Origin: Myxococcota bacterium
GTDB lineage: Bacteria; Myxococcota; XYA12-FULL-58-9; JABJBS01
Assembly (NCBI GenBank): GCA_036339465.1
Contig: JAYZAY010000009.1
Span: 1 to 53,161 of the forward strand
Direction: 5' to 3'
Length of the DNA stretch: 53,161 nucleotides
In this document: positions 39,671 to 48,173 of the stretch, piece by piece
Numbering within the stretch: position 1 is the stretch's first letter
Layout: the number at the start of each line of letters is the position of its first letter
Notes under the pieces: generated by a model
Database searches by the model: none
Told to the model about the DNA's origin: nothing
The model's input: the letters and a program-made list of their open reading frames with translations, nothing else
Position numbers and translations under genes: made by a program

Positions 39671-39870
39671 AGCGGTATACCCCTTTTCTTATTTTAGTTG
39701 TTAACTGGTCCACTCAACGAGGTTCTAAGCACGATACAAAGAAGCTTGGCATGCCGTTGCCACAGCACCAAACACACACATAAATAACCCAGAGAGGCCC
39801 CGGAGTTCTTAGCAAAATCTATGCATCGTTTCAAAACCTTCCCAGTTGCGTTGAATTTAATGCCCTCAAA

Positions 39871-39918
39871 CCACACATCCACACTCGCCACACATCCACA
39901 CTCGCCACACATCCACAC
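39871..39918. repeat. About 2.8 x 17-bp tandem repeat
   Basis: CCACACATCCACACTCG at 39871 and 39888, partial copy at 39905. Confidence 0.9.
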
Positions 39919-39945
39919 AGCGACCGCCCCCTTAAACGACCAAAA

Positions 39946-41766
39946 TCACCATAGTTTACGGCGCGATTCGAATTCCCCCCATAACTCGCCCCGGTTGCCG
40001 GGTATTTCCTGCCCTGTGGGATCGGTGACAAAATTACCTTGGTCAGAAAACGCTCGCTCTTGATTCATCCGATGCCCCACCTGCCGCATGGGTTCCAGGT
40101 TTCCATGATTCGCAATTTTAACAATATCATGTGGCCCGCACCGTAGATCCACCAGCGCTCCCTTCCGCTTAGCATTTAAGAGTTGCTCCTCATTACCAAT
40201 TGGATCAGTAATCGTTTTTCCCTTAAGGGTCCAAACCAAAAGCGAAGTCGGATCCATATTCCCATATTTGGAATGCAGGAGGTCCCGATATCCATAAAAT
40301 TGTTTTCCAATATCGTTTTGATTCACCGGCCCCGCCATAATACAAGTTCCTGCCAGCAAGTCACACTCATCACTCAGCTCATAACAACCCATAATCTCCG
40401 CAAAGAGGGAAGAACGCGAAGCGGCGGCTCCAACAGCACAGACAGCCAATTCCCAATCCATTCCATGCTTAAATAGTTCGGTCCGAGACAAGCCTGCAAT
40501 GTAAATACGTTGACCAACCAGGGCAAAAGCCTTACGTCCCAACCCTGCATTTCGACTAAAAGTTCGACCACTGGGAAGATCGGCCCACAGGGGCAAATCC
40601 GCCACCAAAGAATCCGTGATATCAGATAAGTCCTGGCGAATAGAGCGAAGCCGTTCTTTGCCATTTGGGGTTAGCACATCCACGCGATCTAAAAGTAAGA
40701 ACTCTTTGGCCGCCTCACGGCAACATCCAGTCCAATGTGCAAACGCATTGTAAGCCGCTCGCCCACACATCAGAGTCACCTCTTCCGGAAAATCCATGTC
40801 CTGACGTTGCTGATAACCCTCCGGGGCTTTCTCCTCCTGATTAACCCCTGGCTGAATCCGTTCACTTCGAAAGGCAAGCAAATTTGCGCCGATTTGACGA
40901 CAGATCTCGGGTTTAATAGGCGTCCGCTCTGGGGGAGCAACTTGTCCAACCTGAGCAACCAACGACACCCTCCAACCCAACATCTTTTCCCTTCGGGTTA
41001 ACCCGCAGAGTTTTTCCAACTCGCGAATTGCTTTCCTATTCCCAACTCGTGACCCGCAAAAGGGGGCAAGGTGAACCTGAGCTTTCCTCTGGGCCCCTGA
41101 AGCCAAAACCGCAGCCCGTTCCATCGCATCGGCAAGAATACCAAGATGCAACTGTTGCAAATAGCCAATGGTGGGAATGTCGCTTTTAAACTTGGTCCAT
41201 TTCTCAAAAATGCGCATGGGGACTGTCACCAGACTCTTCATCGGTTCGTGGCCAACCAATGTTAAGAGCATGGTAAAAGGAGTTCGGTACGGACGCGAAA
41301 AAACAACATGTGTGTGTGTCGCGTTGTCGAGAGCCTCGACATTACCACCTTCCATCTTTCTCAATAAACGCGTAATTTTCGCGCTATCTTTGGGACCGAA
41401 AGTGACCTGTTGATGACCTCGAAAGTTCGTGGACTGACGACTTGACAAGACCCCCAACGAGCACTCTTCAAAAAGTTCCTGCTCAGTGGGACTGTCAGTC
41501 GTCTCAAAGGCCGTGGGCCGGCTTAGGGCCAACAGCCCCAACGCTTCCTCCACTTCAGACTCCGACAAGGAAATTCGGGTGCGGTAACCCACCGGTGAGT
41601 GAGAGTTTAGTTCATCGGGCAAGGTGTACCGGTTCTTTTTTGAACCTGCTTGCGCAAAAGAGGCATCTCGCTTGAACCTCTGGGATGCAGGCGGCGCATC
41701 AAGTTTTACAGGATAAAGCTCCTTGGGCGTTGTTTCTCCTTTTCGAACTGTTCCAGCTTCACTCAT
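39946..41766 (-). CDS. Hypothetical 606-aa soluble protein, possible tandem nitroreductase-like fold
   Basis: Long clean ORF with SD GGGGGG; fold inferred from sequence patterns only. Confidence 0.7.
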   Translation of the reverse strand: MSEAGTVRKGETTPKELYPVKLDAPPASQRFKRDASFAQAGSKKNRYTLPDELNSHSPVGYRTRISLSESEVEEALGLLALSRPTAFETTDSPTEQELFEECSLGVLSSRQSTNFRGHQQVTFGPKDSAKITRLLRKMEGGNVEALDNATHTHVVFSRPYRTPFTMLLTLVGHEPMKSLVTVPMRIFEKWTKFKSDIPTIGYLQQLHLGILADAMERAAVLASGAQRKAQVHLAPFCGSRVGNRKAIRELEKLCGLTRREKMLGWRVSLVAQVGQVAPPERTPIKPEICRQIGANLLAFRSERIQPGVNQEEKAPEGYQQRQDMDFPEEVTLMCGRAAYNAFAHWTGCCREAAKEFLLLDRVDVLTPNGKERLRSIRQDLSDITDSLVADLPLWADLPSGRTFSRNAGLGRKAFALVGQRIYIAGLSRTELFKHGMDWELAVCAVGAAASRSSLFAEIMGCYELSDECDLLAGTCIMAGPVNQNDIGKQFYGYRDLLHSKYGNMDPTSLLVWTLKGKTITDPIGNEEQLLNAKRKGALVDLRCGPHDIVKIANHGNLEPMRQVGHRMNQERAFSDQGNFVTDPTGQEIPGNRGELWGEFESRRKLW

Positions 41767-41831
41767 GACAAGCCCCCCATAACCAAATTGTGGAGATTTT
41801 CTAAGGGATGTTCACATGACACGCAAGCCAA

Positions 41832-41941
41832 AAAGCCGTAAATTGGAGTCACCGAACGGGCCTAGAGCGACCGATACACCTTCGCGAGTGGTGCCGAAAG
41901 GCCTTTAGGGCATCAATCCTCCCCTAAGTCACCACGGCTTT
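41832..41941. other. Intergenic multi-hairpin element closed by an 8-bp inverted repeat
   Basis: AAAGCCGT...ACGGCTTT enclosing GGCCT/AGGCC, CACC/GGTG, GCC-GAAA-GGC and TTAGGG/CCCTAA stems. Confidence 0.35.
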
Positions 41942-41966
41942 GAGATGAATAATAAATGGATTGCGA

Positions 41967-43193
41967 CTACTGGCTTGCCTGCGTTAATTGATTAATCCGC
42001 TCTATCATTTTCGCCCACCCGACAATACCGCCTATACCCGCAGCTTCCTTGAGGGCATCATATTCGAGGGGTAAACTACCATCGGAACGGTTCGCATTGT
42101 GGGTCCAAAGATACTCCATATTTATCCCGCGCAACACGCGCGTATACGGAATACCTTGGACACCGTAATTATCCATAGCCAAATTGGTTTTCCGCCAGCC
42201 TGGATCAATCAATATCTTTTCCGGCGGGACCTGGCCCACGCCTTCAATGAGCTCTGACCCAAAACCCATTGCACAACTTGCAAGAATAGACGCCTCAGAG
42301 TTCAGACTGTCATCACTCATACTTCTTTGCCCCAAAACGACGTAAAAGTCGATTTCATCATTTTCCTCTGCGAGAGCATGATAAACGGGATTATACATAA
42401 GACATGCCCCACACCACTGAGCGCTACTGGTCAACCAAATCGCCTTTGCTGCTTCTCCGCATCCCAAAGAGTGAAGAGCCACTTGCTCGCCTAGACAATT
42501 GGTAAAGGTAAGATCAGTAATATTGTTACCCAATCCTTGTCCATTTCCAGCCTGGCTACAACTGGCAACCGTATTCTTCGCTGGTTCAACCACAACCGGC
42601 CCTGACTGCACTCTCGCACTTAAGCTCGTCTCAGCCAGACAAAGGTCCTCCCCACCCTCTTTCTCCTCGCTTGTTTCGAGACTAATTTCTTTGAATTTTA
42701 GCTCGCTGAGTTGCACCTCTACCCTGTCCCCAGAAAGAAACCCCAGCGATTTAATATGAACCACACCCTGGGTCGCAAAAAAGCCCCTCTCACATGTCTT
42801 TTTACCCCCAACCAAACTGCATTCAGAGACAAAAACCACACACAGGCTACAATTCGTAAATGACAGGTCCTCTCCTCCATTGGTTTCAATCTCTTCGATC
42901 CTATAGGTTCCCGGCACAATCGGTCCCTTAAATGCACTTCCAGTCTGGGTGGTTAACGCGTAGGTTTCCACTTGGAGCATCGAAAAGTTGGTAAAGTCCC
43001 GCAGATCCCCCATTAAAGCAGACAAAATAACACTTGCTTGCTCTCCCTTCTGCACCGCATCGACGTATGCTAGTTCCTGATTAAAGGCCACTGCGGTGCA
43101 CTTCTCATCTGCACAAGCCACACAAAACCAGCAAAGATACCCAGAGAAAACCAAGACTCCAACTTGTTTCCCCATGCTCTGAGCACTTTTCAT
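41967..43193 (-). CDS. Hypothetical lipoprotein with C-terminal thioredoxin-like domain
   Basis: Lipobox CVAC; Cys-containing N-terminal domain; ITDLTFTNCLG..SAQWCGAC..GIPY. Confidence 0.7.
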   Translation of the reverse strand: MKSAQSMGKQVGVLVFSGYLCWFCVACADEKCTAVAFNQELAYVDAVQKGEQASVILSALMGDLRDFTNFSMLQVETYALTTQTGSAFKGPIVPGTYRIEEIETNGGEDLSFTNCSLCVVFVSECSLVGGKKTCERGFFATQGVVHIKSLGFLSGDRVEVQLSELKFKEISLETSEEKEGGEDLCLAETSLSARVQSGPVVVEPAKNTVASCSQAGNGQGLGNNITDLTFTNCLGEQVALHSLGCGEAAKAIWLTSSAQWCGACLMYNPVYHALAEENDEIDFYVVLGQRSMSDDSLNSEASILASCAMGFGSELIEGVGQVPPEKILIDPGWRKTNLAMDNYGVQGIPYTRVLRGINMEYLWTHNANRSDGSLPLEYDALKEAAGIGGIVGWAKMIERINQLTQASQ

Positions 43194-43816
43194 AAGATCC
43201 CCCCCTCCGCTTTTCGAAAGCCACGTCCTACGTCACACTCCCCACACACAACGCTCCTACTTACGATTAGAACTCAAGATGCACCGCGCGCCAAGCAATA
43301 CGACACCTGTCATGCCGGATTTAGTGGTTGGACGGGGAAATTGATGCCTTCCAATGAAAGCTTTTGACTTACCTTCAATGGAGCTCAACCCTCATTCCCG
43401 GCAACTGCATCGCTACAGAACCTGAGAAAAACTATCTGGGCCAAAAGGACACTTTTTCACCTGCCCTCTGAGATACACGAAAATTATATGTAATGACCTA
43501 CACACACATATCCATCAAAGCCTGAAATCCAATGCGAATACTCAAACTGACGCTTTTGTCACAGCCCGGGCACCGCTGAAACATCCCCCCCAAGACAACG
43601 AGGTTAAACCGTGAAAGGGTTAATGAGCATTGTTTGTTTCTTAGGTACCACAGCTTGTGGCGCCATCCCCTCCACCGACCCAGAACGCCCAACCAAGGCT
43701 AAGCCCCAAAACCTGTCGACGCTGCAGGTTTAAGTTTCTTTTAATATGGTGGACAAACTTCCCCACACCCTCAACTAAACCGCCACCAAACAAACCTTGA
43801 GATATCCCCCCAAACA

Positions 43817-44608
43817 CTATTTCATCAAACCATAGCCAAATTTGGCCCCAGCCCGAACCATGCAACCAGGGGTTAACCATAGCAGAAAAACCACCACCTT
43901 GTTCATCAAGCCAGTCACCACCGATACCGCTCCCCTACGGGAAGCCGAAACCGCAATTTGGGCCACCTGCCCTGGAGTCATCATGCCTTTCTCAAGCAAT
44001 GATGAAACATTCATTTCCGCCACATCCGAAAATTCCGTCGCTGTTCCACCGGGATGCACCGTAGTTACACTCACTCCGCTACCAGCGCATTCCCCCGCGA
44101 GCCCCTCGCCGAAACTGCGGACAAAGGCTTTCGTCGCACTATAAACAGCAAAGGTAGGAACAGACATAAAGGCATTTAAGGAACCCACGAGCATAATATG
44201 CCCACTTTTACGCTCCAACATGCCCGGGAGAAGGCGGTATGTCAGCTCCACCAGGGAAGTAATATTGACCTGGATCATTCCCATAACTTTTTCCGGAGCA
44301 GTCTCTACAAAGGAACCCGCAATACCAAAACCCGCGTTGTTTACGAGAATATCGATCTCCAATTTCTCCGCTTTGAGAAAATTCTCTACCACCGCCGCAC
44401 CATCAAAAGACCCAAGATCCGCGGTGACCACATGCACCTCTATGCCATAGGTACTTTTGAGCTCACTGGCCAATGCTTGAAGACGGTCCTCGCGCCGAGC
44501 AGTGATCACAAGATGTACACCCGCGGCCGCCAATTCTTTTGCAAATGCCGAGCCAATCCCAGCGCTCGCCCCCGTTACCAGAGCCCTCTTTCCTTGCCAC
44601 ATCATCAA
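43817..44608 (-). CDS. Short-chain dehydrogenase/reductase (DltE-like)
   Basis: TGASAGIG, TARR, NNAG, YSATK, HPG. Confidence 0.93.
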   Translation of the reverse strand: MMMWQGKRALVTGASAGIGSAFAKELAAAGVHLVITARREDRLQALASELKSTYGIEVHVVTADLGSFDGAAVVENFLKAEKLEIDILVNNAGFGIAGSFVETAPEKVMGMIQVNITSLVELTYRLLPGMLERKSGHIMLVGSLNAFMSVPTFAVYSATKAFVRSFGEGLAGECAGSGVSVTTVHPGGTATEFSDVAEMNVSSLLEKGMMTPGQVAQIAVSASRRGAVSVVTGLMNKVVVFLLWLTPGCMVRAGAKFGYGLMK

Positions 44609-44687
44609 TCCTACGGTTAAATTGGCCCCTCCGTACCCTAATTATTGAAGAAAGTCTACATAAACACCATGTGCTCTCGTTTATGGT

Positions 44688-45551
44688 CTAGACCAGTGAA
44701 TTCTGGACCTTTTCTTCAGGCGCGTTCCCATACAATTTCCGCATACCCGGCTCTTCGGCGAATTTAAGAAAAGCAATTATCCCAACATGAAACAGCAACG
44801 CAGCAGGCAAGCCCCATATCGAATCAGCGCTGATGGCATAGCCATAACCGACAATATAGCCCACACTATAACTGGGATGATTCAAATACTTAAAAAGCTT
44901 GGACTGTACCAAATACGGATTCGGCTGAGCAATGAGCTGGTCTCGAAAAAAGTAATTATCAATACCTATCAACCAAGTGGCCCATCCTTTCGATATGTAG
45001 CCAATAACAGAAATCACCACCCCCACAACTTGGCACAATAAAACCGACCCTACCGCCTCATGAATTGACGGACCGAGACCCACCGTGGCCTGAATAAAGC
45101 TATGAAACCCCACCTGAACCCCCATCCACATCGTCACCAGATACATCTCGTAAATCTGGATGGTTTTTGATTTTCCAAACTTCGACCACAAAATCTCATT
45201 TAAAGACAGTCTGAAAAAAAGGGTATTGCCAACAAAATAATAGACAAAACTGCCAAACAACAAGAATAAAACAATATCAAACGGTACGGTCCTCCAATCA
45301 TAAGACATCGAAAAAACGCTAGAAGCGATAGGAAGCCCGAGAAAGAAAACGCAATATTTCCAATGTTTCTTAAAATAACCCGGCTTTGTTAAATAATCCA
45401 ATCGGAGATTATAGAACATGGCACAACAGAGTTCGAAAAGGAGATAAACGCCCATGAGCCGTGACTTGAAACCACCCCCTTCTGGGATCCGATGTTTCAT
45501 ACCAATAATCTTCTTGGGTTTTCTCACCAAGTCATCGTAAAAAGAGTCCAA
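44688..45551 (-). CDS. PEMT/isoprenylcysteine methyltransferase-family membrane methyltransferase
   Basis: Multiple TM helices; IGIDNYFFRD, LFKYLNHPSY, AEEPGMRKLYG. Confidence 0.72.
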   Translation of the reverse strand: MDSFYDDLVRKPKKIIGMKHRIPEGGGFKSRLMGVYLLFELCCAMFYNLRLDYLTKPGYFKKHWKYCVFFLGLPIASSVFSMSYDWRTVPFDIVLFLLFGSFVYYFVGNTLFFRLSLNEILWSKFGKSKTIQIYEMYLVTMWMGVQVGFHSFIQATVGLGPSIHEAVGSVLLCQVVGVVISVIGYISKGWATWLIGIDNYFFRDQLIAQPNPYLVQSKLFKYLNHPSYSVGYIVGYGYAISADSIWGLPAALLFHVGIIAFLKFAEEPGMRKLYGNAPEEKVQNSLV

Positions 45552-45775
45552 AACACCCCACCCTGGCTAAGTATTGGAATGATGTTAGTCCTTTTTCAGC
45601 GTTTCCAGCAAATGTCCAAAACGACGAACGACAATTCTAAATAGGAGAAGCTGAACAATAGCGGCAAGACTCTACGCCAACTGACAATATCCCTAGAAAC
45701 AAAAACACGGGCACAATGACTGAGACCAACAAACATCATGCCCAAACAGACAAAAAAGCACGTAGAAAGAATACC

Positions 45776-46387
45776 CTAGGTTTTCAATTTGCCATAAAAG
45801 AAGTAGTTCACCAACGATTGATATCCCTTCAAAAACGGATTTTGACTTTGTGTGGGATTGTCTGAGAAAACCATGTTCACGACCAAACGCTCTTCCCCCT
45901 CATACATGGGTCGCACCCTATGTTTGACTTGGTCTCCTTGAAAAACCAGAAGCGTGTTTTCAACCACCCCGACGGGAAAGGTTTTTACCAGCCCATTCTG
46001 CTCGACCTCTAACTTAGAGTGGGCTTGCCCCGTCGCCTCGTGAAGCGTAAAAATCCCCGCCCAACGCTTACCCAGATAGATATTGCCATCAAAATGCCAA
46101 TCAATACCGTCACCGGGCTGACCGTAATAAAGCAAACTGATCTGAAACGTATCTTCAGCCCCGATATAGTCAAGGGCCAACATCCCCGTTCGGTCTCGTA
46201 CCCTAGCTAGAAAATCCGGATTCACCAAAAGATTCACAACTTCCACACAGGAACTCTCCTGTAGTTCATGCAGTGAGAGAGCTGAACCACTGCGCAGCAA
46301 TGAGTCTTTCCGAAACATGTTTTCTTTGTAATCCAAAGCCAGCTTCTTGACGTAAGCAAAATCCTCTTCCGATAAAAAGTTCTCCAA
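45776..46387 (-). CDS. 2-oxoglutarate/Fe(II) oxygenase (true start may lie upstream, see findings)
   Basis: ENFLSEE, facial triad WHFD...KHRV, 2OG-binding Arg in ERLVV. Confidence 0.8.
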   Translation of the reverse strand: MENFLSEEDFAYVKKLALDYKENMFRKDSLLRSGSALSLHELQESSCVEVVNLLVNPDFLARVRDRTGMLALDYIGAEDTFQISLLYYGQPGDGIDWHFDGNIYLGKRWAGIFTLHEATGQAHSKLEVEQNGLVKTFPVGVVENTLLVFQGDQVKHRVRPMYEGEERLVVNMVFSDNPTQSQNPFLKGYQSLVNYFFYGKLKT

Positions 46388-47587
46388 AACATAAACCGCT
46401 TGGTCTTGCTCAGCCCCCTCACGACTCCTTGAAAAGAGAATGTTTCGTATTAACTTCGCTTCTCGTTTTAACCTTTCCAGTACCGTAATAATGGGAAACT
46501 CCTCGCACTTGCCAAGCCCTAGTGGCCTGCCCTTAAGTGGTCAAGTGCCCCCCCCAAAAAAAAAAAAAGCCATCATCAACGAGCCAAAAAATTATTCTTT
46601 TTTCCGCCATTTTCGGCACCGGAAAAGTTTGCCTCTTTCACCCACAACCATTGCCGACAAAACAAAAAAAATTCGCCCACCCAACACATACATCGACATT
46701 GACCGAACACAGAAAACGCTCAAGGTCACGCCCAAGTCTTTTCGTCCAAATCAAGACTCAAATCTGAAGTCCACAGATGGCATCACCCTCATCGAACAAT
46801 CCCATAAACTCACCGTCACCATCAAAATCAATTCCATAAATAAAAGCCTCCTAAACTCGGGGCTTTACCTCTTTGGTGAGAACTGCCACGAAGTTGAGTC
46901 ATTTATCAACCCCTTCGTCTGGAAGTTTTGCCTAGATATTTCATATTCAGAACATGGCTTTGTGGGAACGCAACAAATCTGCGCAAACGAAACCAACCAA
47001 CCCCCTCGATAATCATTGAATTTAAATCAAAACCACCAAAACTCAAATCGAAACGCCGGAAAATCGTTTCCACCGAATGCAGCAAACCAAAACCGACCGA
47101 CCAAGCCATCCTCAACTTACCGTATCAAAAAAACGCGGAGCCTTCGTCGTTTACGAGCAGAAAAGTCTGGACGGCAATAAAGCTCAAACCTTCTCGAATC
47201 AGACCACAGAACCCTTTGGTCTAGGCTCAAAAAGACACGCAAAAGCTTCAAAAAAAACGTCGGCAAGGACCAACAACAACATTGGCCCAAACCCTCTAAC
47301 GACGAATCTGGAACTTCTCAAAAGCTTTACCACTCCACGCACCACCAGGCGTCTCCGCAATCACGCGGCGCAGTAAAAGTAGCCATAAATACACCGCCAA
47401 CAACCTCACACTTCCATAAAATCCCTAGGCGCTTTTGGCTTTCGGCGCCTTGAGATAAGCCAACACGTCCGATTTCCCCGCTCTTTCCCAGGTAGCTCAT
47501 GTACCCATCCGTCAAAAAACACGATTCTCAAGCAGACATCCTCACAACTCTCTTTCCCCCAACCCATCGCAAAGATATGATGCCCCC

Positions 47588-47971
47588 ATGACTCAGCTCT
47601 GGACACTCGGATGGATTGGCCTAGGCGGCGCTATGGGTGCCTGTGGTCGATACCTCCTATCCAACCTAATGGCGAACTGGTTGGGACGAGACTTCCCCTA
47701 CGGCACTTTGGTGGCAAACGTTTTGGGATCGGCAATTCTCGGTGCCCTTTCAGCAGCCCTTCAACAAGGCCTCCTCGCGGATACCCCGTGGCGACCTATG
47801 CTCACCATCGGACTATTGGGAGCACTCACGACCTTTTCAACCTTCTCCATGGACAATATCCTGCTTCTTCAAGACGGTGCCCTCGGTAAACTTCTCGCCA
47901 ATATCATCTTGAACGTGGGCCTAAGCTTTGTAGCCGCCTACCTCGCATTCCACTTTTTTCCGCAGACCTGA
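47588..47971 (+). CDS. crcB: Fluoride channel Fluc/CrcB
   Basis: GGAMGACGRY, FPYGTLVANVLG, GLLGALTTFSTF; four TM helices. Confidence 0.95.
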   Translation: MTQLWTLGWIGLGGAMGACGRYLLSNLMANWLGRDFPYGTLVANVLGSAILGALSAALQQGLLADTPWRPMLTIGLLGALTTFSTFSMDNILLLQDGALGKLLANIILNVGLSFVAAYLAFHFFPQT

Positions 47972-48135
47972 ATCTCCCCCTGCTCTCTCCAACCCTCTTC
48001 TTCAGTTCTTTTCCCTCATCCCCTACCATAAAACTCGAAGTATTTGCCCCGAAAGGTTGACCTCACGCTCAAGCTAAGTCAGTAAAGCGCTTACTTCGCA
48101 GACCGCTTCCAGGTCCCATGGTTTAACTTTTGCAA

Positions 48136-48166
48136 GTGCCACCTGGTATGTGGCACCACTGTGAGG
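48136..48166 (+). promoter_or_regulatory. thrS translational operator: tRNA-Thr anticodon-arm mimic plus SD
   Basis: 7-bp stem GTGCCAC/GTGGCAC with 7-nt loop CU-GGU-AU, then CACTG and SD GAGGA, ATG at 48174. Confidence 0.75.
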
Positions 48167-48173
48167 AACTCAA

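Noticed and set aside
41832..41941. Glycine or c-di-GMP riboswitch
   Set aside because: Only a GCCGAAAGG fragment resembles them; the other conserved elements are missing and the orientation is opposite to the downstream gene.
43194..43816. Short ORFs in the 620-nt gap between the lipoprotein and SDR genes
   Set aside because: No motifs, SD or convincing structure.
47400..47587. Fluoride riboswitch upstream of crcB
   Set aside because: The GGCGATGG..TCGCC / CTGATG consensus was not found.
47972..48173. T-box riboswitch for thrS
   Set aside because: No AAGGTGGTACC-like T-box motif; the anticodon-mimic hairpin explains the leader better.
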